This document shows positions 12,690-24,640 of a stretch of DNA of 64,000 nucleotides, one piece after another. Numbering within the stretch: position 1 is the first letter of the stretch; each line of letters starts with the position of its first letter. The position numbers and the translations under genes were made by a program. Under the pieces are notes generated by a model. The model had not been told where the DNA came from. It saw nothing but the letters and a program-made list of their open reading frames with translations, and searched no databases. This DNA comes from Ginglymostoma cirratum (lineage: Eukaryota), in contig JAHRHZ010000289.1 of the NCBI GenBank assembly GCA_024137785.1, positions 33,209,164 through 33,273,163 on the forward strand, given 5' to 3'.

Positions 12690-15530
12690 GGGAGCATTGG
12701 GAAAATCGAATTGGCACAGATGACCACAAGGAAGAATTCATAGAATGTGTTCAGAACAACTTCCTGGAACAATAGACAGTGAATGCAAGGATCAGGCTAT
12801 TTAGAATCTGGTAACGTATAATGAGACAAGTTTAAAAAGTCTAAGAGTAAAAGATCTCTAAGGAAACAGTAACCATAACATCATAGAATTTAGCATTCAT
12901 TTGAGAGGAAGAAACTTGGGTCAGAGGCAACTGTGCTAATCGTAATAAGAGTAATTTGAAAAGAATGAGGGTAAGATGGTTGGAGTTAATCAGAAAATAT
13001 TGTTATGAAACAATGATAGATGTTTCAGGAAATAGTTCATGACTTATAAGAATGATATCTTCCAGTGAGGAAGAAATAGTTTAAGAAGGAGATAAACCCA
13101 ACTGTTATTAACCTAGAAAGTTAAGAATAGTATCAAGTTGAAAGGAACAAAATTCGATATGGGAAAGATTTGTGGCAAGCCAGAGGATTTGGAAAGTTTA
13201 AAAAATAACAAAGTTGATCCAAAAAAGGGAGAAAATAAAGTTTAAAGGTAAACAAGAAAGTAATTCAATAACAGTCAATGACAGCTCCTTTAAATATGTA
13301 GAAAAAGGAAGAGAGACCGAAGCGTATATGGGCCTATTTGAGAATGAGGCTGGGAAAATGATAATGAGGAAGTAGGAAACGGCAGAGGAGCTGAATAAAT
13401 ACTTTGCATCAATCTTAGTAAAAGCTATGAATAGCATTCCAAAAATACTAAATAAGCAAATAATATGCATACACTAAAAATGGTCAGAGAAAAATACTTG
13501 AGAAACTGATGGGGCTAAAGACCGTTAAGTCCCCTGGACCTGAAAGGTTGCTTCTGCAGATATTAAAAGAAGTAACTATGGTGATAATAGATGATCTGGT
13601 AGAACACTTATAAGAATCCTTAGATTTGGGAAAAGGCCTAGAGGATTAGATAACTGTCAATATAATACCTTTGTTTAAAAAGGGAAGGAGACAGGAGTAC
13701 AGGTAAATATAGACCAGTGAGCTTAACATTTATCATTCAGTAAATGTTACAATCTGGAAATGTTAGTATAAAGGAATTAATAGTAGTACATTTGTGAACG
13801 GATAATCCAGCAGAGTCATAATGGTTTCATGAAGCAGAAACCATACCGAACAAATTTACGAGAATTTTATGAGAAAATTACCAGCAAGCTAGGCAAAGGG
13901 GAGCCAGCTGATGTAACATATTTGGATATCCAAAAGGCCTTTGATAAAGTACCACACATAAGGCTACGTAAAAAGATAAGACCCCATGGTGATGGAGGTA
14001 GTACATTAGCATGGATAGAGGATTGGTTAACTTCTAGAAGGCAGAGAATTGGAATAAGGGAAGCATTTTCAGAATGGCAATGTGTAACTGGTGGAGTGTC
14101 ACAGGGATCAGTGTTGGGGCACAATTATTTACAATATATGTTAATGACTTGAATGACGGATGTAAATGTACTATCACCAAGTTTGTGAATGACTCAAACA
14201 TAGTTGTGAAGACAAGTTATGAGGATGATACAAAGAGTCTGAAGACAGATGTAGACAAGTTAAGTGAATGGACACAAACTTGGCAGTTGGAATATGTTTG
14301 AGAAAATGTGAGGTTATGCACTTTTTCAGGAAAAATAGAGGAACTGAATATTATTTAAGTTGGGCAGGACTGCCTAAAGCTCCAGCATAAAGAGTTTTAA
14401 ATTCCTTATGCATAAATCACAAAAAAAGCAAAGTAACATACAGATTTAGCAGGTACTATGCATGTTCAGATAGTAGGGAAGGCAAATGAAATGTTCGATT
14501 TTATTTCATAGGGAATGGGAAATAAAAGTGGAGAAGTCTAAGTAAAACTATACATTAGTTTGACACACCTTGAGCTTTATTGCAGCATCAGCAGAATTGT
14601 TATGGTGCAGAAGGAGGGCCCATCTTGCCTGCACTAGTTCTTCATCAAACATCATGACTATGAACAATTTTGGTCTCCTTATCTCAGAAAAGATATATTG
14701 TTATTGGAAGCAGTCTGGAGAAGGTTCATTCAGTTAATCTCAGACACAAATGTGATTTTCTTATGAAGAGAGGTTAGATCTGTACTCATAGAAACATAGA
14801 AAATAGGTCTAAGAGTAGGCCATTCACTCCTTCCAGCCTGCACCACCATTCAATATGATTATGGCTGATCATGAAATTTCAGTATATCATTCATTTTTAC
14901 TTTCCACATCCCTTGATCTCTTTAACCTCAAGGGCCATGTCCAGCTCCCTCTTGAATATATCTAATAAACTGGCCCCAACAGCTTCCTGTGGGAGAGAAT
15001 TTCACAGGTTCACAACCCTCTGAGTGAAAAAAATTCCTCCTCATCTCAGCCTTGAATAGCTTACCACTTAATCTTAGACTGTGACCCCTAGTTCTGGACT
15101 TACCCAACATCAGGCACGTTCTTCTCGCACTTAGCCTTTCCAGCCCTATCATTGACTTTGCTAAAACGTAAAGGAATTTAGGGGACTTAATAGGGTAGGT
15201 AAGGAGAGGTTCTTTCCACTTGGGGAGAGACCAGGACCAGAGGGCAAAATCTCAGAATAAGGGGTCACCCATTTAAGACAGAGGTGAGGAGATTTTTTAT
15301 CTTTCAGAGGCTGGTGAATCTGAGGGTTTTTTTTAACCAATAAGGGCCATAGATATTTGGTGCGTTAAGTATAATCAAAGCTGAGATAGACAGGTTTTAG
15401 TCAATAAGGGAATCAAGGGTTATGGGGAAAAGGCAAAAAAGTGGAATTAAGGATTACCAAATCAACGCATTGAAAAGCGAGGCAGACCTGATTAGCCAAA
15501 TTGCCTATTTATCCTCCAACATCTTATTTT
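12690..15530 (+). mobile_element. Long degraded CR1 LINE (endonuclease end, RT and 3' UTR)
   Basis: AEELNKYFAS, KSPGPE.L and YRPVSLT motifs; ORFs 13829-14152 (YLDIQKAFDKVPH..GGVSQGSVLG) and 14074-14301 (KFVNDS); 3' UTR near 15450-15530. Interrupted at ~14575-14660 and 14790-15150. Confidence 0.9.
14788..15150 (-). mobile_element. CR1 3' fragment inserted antisense into the longer CR1
   Basis: ORF 14928-15152 reads SRTRGHSLRLSGKLFKAEMRRNFF; the tail reads (TTTCTATG)2 on the minus strand at 14787-14802. Confidence 0.88.
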
Positions 15531-15582
15531 AATATACATTGCAAAATAAGCATGAATTGAATAACTTCCTAATCTACTTCAT

Positions 15583-15775
15583 AGGTCAGTTGAAGCCTGT
15601 TGCTGTGGGTTTGGTGACACATATGGCACTTAAAGAGTTAGAATGGCAGGTTTCCTTTGCCTTCCGAAAAAGGTTATCGAGCTAGATGTGTTTTTAAGAC
15701 AATCAATGATAGCTATCATATTCACCATTATGGAAACAAACTCGAGTTTAAATTCCATCAGCAATCATGGCCCAC
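15583..15775 (-). mobile_element. Decayed SINE with a Meta-like central domain
   Basis: GCTGTGGG..CACATATGGC..TGGCAGGTTTCCTT..AGATGTGTTTTTAAGACAATC resembles the reverse complement of the GATTGTCGTAAAAACCCATCTGG..GGAAGGAAA domain; recognised from memory. Confidence 0.45.
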
Positions 15776-16149
15776 TCCCATCTGTTCACAGTTAGAACAT
15801 TTACACATCCTTCATATCCTCTACACATAACTAGTCATCTTTCCTTCTTGGGTTTCTTCCTTCATCCTTCTTAAAGTCTCGTCTTCATTGTTTTAAACTC
15901 CACTTGTCCAAAAACACCTCTGTACATTAATTCCCATACAACGTATGAACTCAGTTCTTGTTTTGTTATTTCTTTGACTTAGATTAGCTACAGTACTGCC
16001 TTGACTCAAGCTAAAGCAATTGTCTGACTTGTCTCTATGTTTTACTTCCACCTCCTCCCACTGTTGAAGGAAAAATCTTCTTAAAACACATTTTTTGACA
16101 GAGTTTTTATTGAAACAAAGAACACGTAGGCCTTGAGTCCTGGGAGTCA

Positions 16150-16560
16150 TTTCATGCCATACAATTAGATTGTTACTTCACTATATCTCCATTTAAACTG
16201 TCTTTGTTTGATATTCTCTTGATATCCTTAACAAGCATTAATCAATTGATCTCGTTCTTGACAGTATAACTTGATCAAGCATTGACAGAGTTTTGAAGTA
16301 AGTTCCAGACTTCTACTGTCCTGTGTGTAAAAGGTGCTGCCTGATCTGAACTCTCATTGGCATGGTCACGATGTTCCAATGATGTCTCCATTTTCTGGAT
16401 TCATCCACCAAATAGTTTCTTTGCAGCTTCATGATCAGCTGCTTTTACCATTTTCAAAGATTTTGATTAAATCACCTCTAAATATTCCACTTTAAAAGCC
16501 AAATTTATAAAATCTGTGCTCAATTTAATCATTTAAATCTTGACCATTCTGGCAAGTCAA
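16150..16560 (-). mobile_element. Very old CR1 3' fragment
   Basis: Decayed AGTTCCAGA..CTAC..TGTGTGAA..TGCT.CCTGAT and GATTAAATCACCTCT patterns typical of antisense CR1 tails. Confidence 0.5.
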
Positions 16561-17660
16561 ATCTCTCACTGAATCATGGTCTTTAGATTAGAGACACTAT
16601 TAGCTCAAGTCTTTACAAAGTGAAAATGGAGATGTCTGGAAAAAGCAAGATCAAACAGCCAGGAATAACCTCCACAGCAAGACAACCTCCTGCAAATCAC
16701 TGTCAGATTTACACACAGTGAATGGATAGTTAGGTGATATAGGAAGCATGCCTAGGTAAACTGCTTCTAAGCGGAGTTTACACACATGTGAAATAAAGAG
16801 ATAATTGAAAAGTAAGGTGAAATTCTCCAGAAAAGGAGCATGCAAAATTACCCTAGTGAAGACTTACTACTCATATTCATTCTCTAAACCTACAACTCAC
16901 ATGAATTAAAAAAAAAAGAACCAAAAACACGAAACACTTGAAATCTGTTTAGATTTTAGTCATGGTTATTAACCTCCGCAGGATCTACTGAAGGAAAGGT
17001 GATAAAGTTCTATCTCCAAAGGTTTATAAGGATCAAAAGTAATTTAGTTCTTGCAGTCCTAGCTTATTAGGTGGAATTAAAAAAAAATTCATATCTGGAG
17101 CTTGATACGTCAGTTTTAATTTTGAAATCTCCTGGGATTGCATACCGAGAGAATGAACATGTTGTACTGCTGAAACACCAAGAAACCATAATCTGGGCTT
17201 TGTTGGGCAGTGTGGGGTTTGGGGCCCCAGAGGAATGACCAAGGGGAAAGAGAAACAAAGTGGAATTGTGTACATGACAGTATGTTGTACCAAATTCATT
17301 TGGAAGCAGTTGTAAAGAATGATTGAAGCATCTCCTGATCGTCAAAGAACATGCCAAAAGGAGCAATTATGGATCATTAATTTCTTGCCCACAAATTCCT
17401 TCAATTTGCACCAGATGGACACAATTGCATTTTCAGGTGCATTCAATTGGTCCCAGTACTTTAAAGAGTTTATACAGTGAGTAATGCACCTGAATCCAAA
17501 TATGACTATGTCTTCAACTTAATTCTGATTTATGGAATAGGTTCAAAAAGAAAAGAGGTAGAATAGAGGAAAATAAAAGTCAAGTATGGTGGATGTTGTA
17601 AATATGAAGCATGGGGCTGGATGAACACAGCAGGTCAATCAGCATCATAGGAGCAGGAAA

Positions 17661-17696
17661 ACTTGACGTTTCGGGCCTAAACCCTTCATCAGAAAT
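17661..17696 (-). ncRNA. Minimal hammerhead ribozyme motif
   Basis: The reverse complement is AUUU-CUGAUGA-A-GGGU(UUAG)GCCC-GAAAC-GUC/AAGU, identical to 19028-19063. Confidence 0.75.
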
Positions 17697-18289
17697 GGGG
17701 GAGGGGAAGAGGGTTCTGAAATAAATAGGGAGAGAGGGGGAGGCGGATAGAGGATGGATAGAGGAGAGGATAGGTGGAGAGGAGGCAGACAAGTTGAAGA
17801 GGTGGGGATGGAGCCAGTAAAGGTGAGTGTCGGTGGGGGCGTAGGGAGGAGATAGGTCAGTCCAGGGAGGACGGACAGGTCAAGGGGGCGGGATGATGTT
17901 AGTAGATTGGAGATGGGGGTGTGGCTTGAGGTGAGAGGAAAAACAGGTTAGGGAGGTGGAGGTGAGCTGGGCTGCTTTTGGGATGCGGTTGGGGGAGGGG
18001 AGATTTTGAAGCTTGTGAAATCCACATTGATGCCATTCGGCTGCAGGGTTCCCAGGCTGAATATGATTTGCTGTTCCTTCAGCCTTCGGGTGGCATCACT
18101 GTGGCATTGGAGGAGGCCCAGGATGGACATGTCATCTGAGGAATGGGAGGGAGAGTTGAAATGGTTCGCGACTGGGAGGTGCAGTTGTTTGTTGCGAACT
18201 GAGCGCAGGTGTTCTGCAAAGCGGTCCCCAAGCCTCCGCTTGGTTTCCCCGATGTAGAGGAAGCCACAACGGGTACAGCCACTCCCCTC

Positions 18290-18776
18290 CAGCCCCACCA
18301 CACCCAGCACTTTTCCTTGTAACCGCAGGAAGTGCTACACCTGCCCCCACACCTCCTCCCTCACCCCAATCCCAGGCCCCAAGAAGACTTTCCACATCAG
18401 GCAGATGTTCACCTGCACATCTGCCAATGTGGTATACTGCATCCGCTGTACCCGTTGTGGCTTCCTCTACATCGGGGAAACCAAGCGGAGGCTTGGGGAC
18501 CGCTTTGCAGAACACCTGTGCTCAGTTCGCAACAAACAACTGCACCTCCCAGTCGCAAACCATTTCAACTCTCCCTCCCATTCCTCAGATGACATGTCCA
18601 TCCTGGGCCTCCTGCAATGCCACAGTGATGCCACCCGAAGGCTGCAGGAACAGCAAATCATATTCAGCCTGGGAACACTGCAGCCCAATGGCATCAATGT
18701 GGATTTCACAAGCTTCAAAATCTCCCCTCCCCCAACCGCATCCCAAAACCAGCCTAGCTCATCTCCACCTCCCTAA
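18290..18776 (+). CDS. PLE GIY-YIG endonuclease domain (5'-truncated ORF fragment)
   Basis: CNRRKCYTC zinc-finger linker, then FTCTSANVVYCIRCTRCGFLYIGETKRRLGDRFAEHL..PVANHF..RRLQEQ..LGTLQPNGIN. An inverted partial copy lies at 17948-18279. Confidence 0.9.
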
Positions 18777-19027
18777 CCTGTTTTCCCTCTCACCCCAAGC
18801 CCCACCCCCATCTCCTATCTCCTAACATCATCCCGCCCCCTTGACCTGTCCGTCCTCCCTGGACTGACCTATCTCCTCCCTACCCCCCTACCTACACTCA
18901 CTTTTACTGGCTCCATCCCCGCCTCTTCGACTTGCCTGCCTCCTCTCCACCTATCCTCTCCTCTATCCATCCTCTATCCGCCTCCCCTTCTCTCCCTATT
19001 TATTTCAGAACCCTCTTCCCCTCCCCC

Positions 19028-19063
19028 ATTTCTGATGAAGGGTTTAGGCCCGAAACGTCAAGT
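19028..19063 (+). ncRNA. Minimal hammerhead ribozyme motif
   Basis: Helix I AUUU/AAGU, core CUGAUGA (19032-38), an extra A, helix II GGGU/GCCC, then GAAAC-GUC with predicted cleavage after C19059. The palindromic ACGU implies dimer-type folding, as described for PLE minimal HHRs. Confidence 0.75.
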
Positions 19064-19164
19064 TTTCCTGCTCCTATGATGCTGCTTGACCTGCTGTGTT
19101 CATCCAGCCCCATGCTTGTTATCTCGGATTCTCCAGCATCTGCATTACCTTTTATTTCTAACCC

Positions 19165-19270
19165 TTGTAAATATGAAATTGCTCGCAAAACTCAGCAGGT
19201 CTGGTAGTATCTGAGAAGACAGAAACAAAGTTAATGCTTGCAGTCCAAAATAACACAGCTTCAGAGCAAT
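19165..19270 (-). mobile_element. Older PLE family-C tail, split by the family-A insertion (other half at ~17575-17608)
   Basis: AAATTGCT..AAACTCAGCAGGTCTGG..ATCTG..GAAACAAAGTTAA matches family-C tails at 53430 and 61330. The left piece AAAAGTCAAGTATGGTGGATGTTGTAAATATGAA matches their terminal part. Confidence 0.7.
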
Positions 19271-19297
19271 TTTGAACAAGTCTCATATCAGACTTAA

Positions 19298-19612
19298 GGG
19301 TGGCACTGTGGTTCAGTGGTTAGCATTGCTGCTTCATAGCACCAGGGACCCACGGTCAATTCCACCCTCGGGCGACTGTCTGTGTGGAGTTTGCACATTC
19401 TCCCCGTGTCTGCATGGGTTTCCTCCAGGTGCTCCAGTTTCTTCCCACAGTCCAAAAATGTGCAGGTTAGGTGGATTGGCCATGCTGAATTTCCTGTAGT
19501 ATTCAGGGATGTGTAGATTAGGGGGATGGGTCTGGGTGGAATGCTCTGAGGTTCAGTGTAGACGTATTAGGCTGAAAGGCCTGTTTCCACACTGTGGGGA
19601 TTCTATGATTCA
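19298..19612 (+). mobile_element. HE1 SINE
   Basis: tRNA-like head GGGTGGCACTGTGGTTCAGTGGTTAGC, V-domain, and tail GGCCTGTTTCCACACTG..GATTCTATGATTC. Confidence 0.9.
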
Positions 19613-20704
19613 AGATAACGAAGACAGATATATGATGCAATATACAGTCATGAATTGTTTCTGACAATACAAGCTCTTGTTGGTGAATCTTTTTACTTCT
19701 GAATTATCCAATGACTTGCATTAATGTTGGAGTTAGTCCTCTTCCATATATAATGCATGCCTTCAAATATTCTTATAACCAAATAAGATCCAGCCTTTAA
19801 AATGGGCATGAGATGTTTTGCAGTATAGTACATACATTTTATACAGCAATTAATGCCTACGGAATTGTCTAGTCATAAATTAAAATTTGTAAGTATGTTA
19901 CAATTGAGAATTGGATGTGTTTACATTAAACCAATGCTTTTCTAGAGATTTTTTTCAGCTTTCTTGTACATAACATCTTTAAATTTAGAATGTCAGAACA
20001 TGTTTGATTTTAGTCCTAGCTTCAGTGGCCAACTTGTATATGATGATCAGTGCATATCACAGCAGACCATATCTCGGGTATCTGAGATCACTGTTGATTA
20101 GTGAATTCTCACTAAGCATTGTTTTTTTTCCTACTGGATATCAAAAATATTCAGCACAATATTCAGATTTGAGCATAGATTGTCGAACTCAATTTCACCT
20201 TGTACTGTCAAGGAGGTACTTAAATATTAGTTTACACTGAACCAATGATGTATTCAAAACTCAGAAACTGAGGTGTTTAGGAGTAGTGTCTAATTAGCAA
20301 AATAATTCTGCAACTTAATTAACCTAATTGTTTAATTATTAACATGTTGCCTTACTGCTGACTGGACATTTCCTGTTTGGAGTATTCTGCTATTCTCATT
20401 TTTAATTCTTTATTCCTTCATGACATGTTACACTCAGTAACCACCCACCACCACATTATCACTATAATTATCCAAATGAGAGTTGGAATTCACTCCAAGA
20501 ATTTTCTCATTTTCCATTGCTCTATACATCACACATTAAAACCCTTCACCCGGTATTAAGAATCCCAATCATTGGCCCACTGCTGAAAAACCTGGCAAGG
20601 CAAAAATAGCAAATGAGAAAGTGATGGGATAGTGACACTAAACTTGGGTTTCAGTGCCAATGTGCATCCTTGCAAAGAAAGAAGAAAACAGATTGTAGTT
20701 CCAT

Positions 20705-20888
20705 AGATAGTAGGAACTGCCGATGCTGGAGAATCTGAGATAACAAGGTATAGAGCTGGCTGAACACAGCAGGCCAAGCAGCATCAGAGGAGCAGGAAAG
20801 CTGACGTTTCGGGTCTGGAGCCTTCTTCAGAAATGGGGGAGGGGAAGGCGATTCTGAAATAAATAGGGAGAGAGGGGGAGGCGGATAC
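20705..20888 (-). mobile_element. PLE family-A 3' end with HHR motif and TSD
   Basis: The minus strand gives CUGAAGA-A-GGCUCCAGACCC-GAAAC-GUC (20803-20830) plus a full tail; AGTTCCAT is duplicated at 20697-20704 and 20889-20896. Confidence 0.88.
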
Positions 20889-20976
20889 AGTTCCATGATG
20901 CTGCCTCTCAAAAGTAGTACAGAGAGAGAAGATAGTACAGAGACTTTGGACTTGCTTTTTAACTCTCTGCTAGAGA

Positions 20977-21030
20977 ATGGGATTTGAATGGGTTAAAATC
21001 AGGTACATGGGTTTTGAATGGGTTAAAATT
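20977..21030. repeat. Short tandem duplication (~30 bp unit)
   Basis: ATGGG(A/TT)TTTGAATGGGTTAAAAT occurs twice in tandem. Confidence 0.7.
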
Positions 21031-22814
21031 GGGCCTTTTGAAAACTTAAATTCACTTAAAAAATAATGATAAAGTAGCATTTCTGGCATTTTTTGTTTAT
21101 TTTTTTCTTGTCCAGCATCTATTGTAGTTGTTTTTGATAATCATAAAAGAATTTGGTGCTGAACATAAAGATAGTTAACCAGGTTTTCTACAGTATAGTA
21201 ATTGCCCAAAATATGATCCATTACAGCTTGTAGTCACATTGTTTTATTTTCAAAAAAAGCTAAATTGAGGCACTTAGAGGCATCTCCAGAAACCACCAGG
21301 CATGATGAGCAATTGTTCAATTAGCTGAAAGAAAATTGATTTGCAATGTGTAGCTTCTACCTTCCTTAATAAATAGAAAGTTCATTCAATTCTATCATAT
21401 GTAACTCCTACCTTACTTCATAAAGAAAAAAAGCATATGCAGTTACACAACAAATAATTTACCTAGAGAGGAGTACCAATAAAATATTCAGAAGCATAAT
21501 TATCTTGGGCTTTGCCCTGGTAAGGATTGCAAACTGCTCATTCTGAAAACACTTAGCTGTGGAAATTACATCTGCCGTAATACAATTTCTTCCAGAGAAA
21601 GCAAAAAGAAACAGCACCATTTTAAAGGGGACCATGTGCTGTTCCCAATCATGATGGCACGGTGTGCAATATTTTTAACGTCATGCTGTGCAATTATCTC
21701 ACTACTCAAGCACTTGCATAAAATCAGAATTACTTCCCAACGTGTCTGATTCTGAGTCAACATAATTAGAATATTCACTGAGGCCAGAAAGCACGGTTTC
21801 CCTTATTAACGAGGTATTCGTAAGTTTATCTCTGGAAATACTATTCTCGTTTAATAAACATCCTGACCTCCATGCTGTAGTTTACATAATCCTCTTACTT
21901 GTGGTCGTGTCTGTTCCCTGAGGCAAACAGTGAGAGGCTTCTTTCAGATCATACACAAATGGTGAAGCTTCAGAGATTTCTCACAGTTTTGCTAAAGTGA
22001 ATGATCCAGCTGTCATACAAATCCCTGCTGATTTGTTTTGTTCCTTTGTCCAAGTTACTAACTGAACTCCATTAAAAAAAACACCTTTACGCAATGTTTA
22101 TTCCTACTTCTGTGAACGAATTTGCTGCAAAAAATATTTTTCCTCTCCTCTAAATTTTTTCCTGTATGTCTATGACACAGGTAAACTCTCCCTCTTATTC
22201 TTCTTCAATTATCTGAAATTTTGACACATTTGACCATATTATCCACCTCCAAAGCCTCTTCACCATTATCCAAATGGACGGACTACATGCACCGAACAGT
22301 CATAGTCAGAGAACCATCTGCAATGGTTCTACTGCAGCATCATGACCTCTGGTGTACTCCAAGAATCCTCTCCTCTCCTCACCTCGGTTTCTTGTCGACA
22401 TGCTACCCCTCTTTCCTATTGGCTGCTGACTCTTGATGACATGATCTAAACACTGATACTCCAACCCCAGCTATCTACCACTTTTATTGACTCCTCTGCT
22501 TTCTCTGAATTATCTGACTACTTACAAAACATCAAGTATGGGTGAACAAAAAAGTTGTCCAACTAAATACTGGGAGGATGAAATCAATTGACTTCAGCCT
22601 TCACTAAAAATTCCATTTTCTAGACATCTACTTCATCCCTTTCCCCGACAAATATCTGATGCGGAACCTCACTGTTTACATCTTTTAATTCACATCTGAC
22701 CCACAGATGAGACTCTGTCTACAAAGTTGGGGTATCATTAAAACTACATATTTCTGCCTCCATAGCCTCAACCCTCAAATTTGCTTTATTTCACTGCTAC
22801 TGAAGACCTAAACT

Positions 22815-23200
22815 GTAGAGCTTCGAAATGGCAGTCAAGCCCCAGGTGGACAAAGGAAGCTCTTCAGTGATACCCTCAAGGCTTTACTGGCGAAATGCTG
22901 CATTCCCACAGACACCTGGGAATCACTGGCTCAAGACCGTCCGTAGTTGAGGACGAGTATCTGGGAAGGTGTCAAGCACCTTGAGGCTTGCTGTTGGGAA
23001 AAAGCAGAAGCTGGGCAAAAACAGCGAAAGGAGCGCACTGCACCAAACCAACACCCCACCCACCCCCTCCTGTGACCACCTTCAACCCCGAGTGTAACAG
23101 AGCCTGTGGTAGCTGCATTGGTCTGTACAGCCTCCTACAGACTCACCCTAAGAGTGGAAGAGAGTCATCCTCGTCTGTGAGGGACTGACAATGAGATGAG
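22815..23200 (+). mobile_element. RTE LINE 3' end with C2H2 zinc finger
   Basis: LRNGSQAPGGQRKLFSDTLK..TDTWESLAQDRP..IWEGV..RKER..PECNRACGSCIGLYSLLQTH, followed by a short 3' UTR. Confidence 0.88.
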
Positions 23201-23247
23201 TTTAGAGTTGTTTTTGTTACTCTTCTGCGTGCGCGCACACATAAAAT

Positions 23248-23250
<3 letters not shown>

Positions 23251-23304
<54 letters not shown>
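23251..23304. repeat. (AC)n microsatellite
   Basis: About 27 uninterrupted AC units. Confidence 0.98.
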
Positions 23305-23308
<4 letters not shown>

Positions 23309-23614
23309 GCTTCCCCATGGTCGACCCTTCACAAAGTTAATGAATGTCTGCACGGTCCTAATCACATCAAGATTTGTTCCACTTCTCACCTCAAGCTTAA
23401 GTGTCCCGCACGGATTCTTGGTTATACAATACTTTAACGTAAAAAAATTCTTATCTGAAATATATCCATGACCTTGCCCCTCTATATGTCCTCCAGCTCG
23501 ACTAGCATCTGTTACATCTGTATGTCTAATTCTAGCTTCTTTTGCATCCCCTGATTTTCTATTTTCCAGCACTGCTGGCCATGCCTTCAATTTGCTAATG
23601 TGTACACCATAAAA

Positions 23615-23725
23615 GAGTTAACTCTAAAGAAGAGTCATACCAGACACAAAACATAGCTCTGTTTCTCTCGCCACAGAGGCAGCCAGACCTGCTGAGTTTC
23701 TCCAGCATCTGCAGTTGTTTGTTTT
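23615..23725 (+). mobile_element. PLE family-C tail with decayed HHR
   Basis: CTAAAGAAGAGTC..GACACAAAACAT (decayed CUGAAGA..GAAAC), then CTCTGTTTCTCTC..CCAGACCTGCTGAGTTTCTCCAGCATCTGCAG. Confidence 0.7.
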
Positions 23726-24129
23726 AATTATATGACAAGGTTTGAATTATCATTTACAGCAGTGGATTAATTAAAAAAACTGAATTACATTCTTTATATA
23801 ATACAGAAATGAGGGTGCTAATTTTCCTCCGAGTCAAGTGGAGTGAACATACTTGGAAGTTAAATTCCTGGAATTTGATATTGGATCTGAATTTCAATAT
23901 CACTTTTACCCTCTTCCAGATTACCACAAAGTGTTTCTAAGCATAGTGGGGAATGCCCTTAGGTGTGTGTGGAAATGAATTAAGACAATTAAACTGAAAG
24001 CTAGTTTTCCCAGTCAGGATACTTGTTCCTAGATTGTCATAAATCTACTAGAGTTATTGAGGCAAGTGCACAGTGGGAAGAGATTACATTGTGAAATTGA
24101 GAAACTGGGAAGCCTTCGCTCAGTGAAAC

Positions 24130-24640
24130 TGAAGATGTCTAGTCAAACTCACTGCGAGACTGCTGTGCCAAGCAGATCCTTCACTGCTTGAAGACAATTG
24201 ACAGTTTCTTGTCTGGCTCTACTTATCTTCACCTCTCTGTTGCCAGCCCTCACCACAGCAGCTTCTACAGTTCTACCTTGTACTTCTGCTAAGCAGAAGA
24301 AAGGAAGCAACATATCAATGTCCATGGCTCCTGAAGCAGCCGACAAAACACCAGGAAGATGACCAGAAGCCTTTTGTGGAGCCACACATCCGTCTAAAAA
24401 GGAGAGAGGTGGACATGTGGGTCCAGACAGAAAGGGACAAGGCCCCCAACACAGGCTTCCACAGCAGAGGATCAGGCCTCTCAACATGTCAGTGCTTCAG
24501 GATGCTCTGTCTCCAATGGCAGGTTATAATGACCCCCACAACTTCTGGAACAAAACTTTCTCCACTGGGGCAGCTGGACTTCCACAATTGTGGCTGATAA
24601 GTTGTTTGTCATTTGATGGCAGGATGTTAGATTGGATTGT
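24130..24640 (+). mobile_element. Harbinger transposase (HARBI1-like) N-terminal relic
   Basis: Across a frameshift: PQHRLPQQRIRPLNMS / QCFRMLCLQWQVIM, resembling the Harbinger transposase N-terminus (R..R.R...L.MS..QC.RR.RL). Confidence 0.45.

Larger units (their letters stand above)
17609..19164. mobile_element. Penelope-like element (family A), 5'-truncated, fold-back structure with a 13-bp TSD
   Basis: Arms 17607-18279 (-) and 18445-19117 (+) are inverted copies around a 165-bp spacer. Only the right arm has the ~45-bp 3' tail. Perfect TSD TTGTAAATATGAA at 17596-17608 and 19165-19177. Confidence 0.95.
22190..23600 (+). mobile_element. Old L2 LINE RT fragment, interrupted by an RTE and a (CA)n tract
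   Basis: Decayed LLILL..FDT.DH.I.L.RL, TSGV.Q.S, DTQLY and W....LQLN..K.E.I.F motifs (22190-22810); L2 sequence resumes ~23360-23600. Confidence 0.65.

Noticed and set aside
19298-19370. tRNA-like sequences with A/B boxes (also 875-946, 29170-29239)
   Set aside because: They are SINE heads continuous with the V-domain, not tRNA genes.
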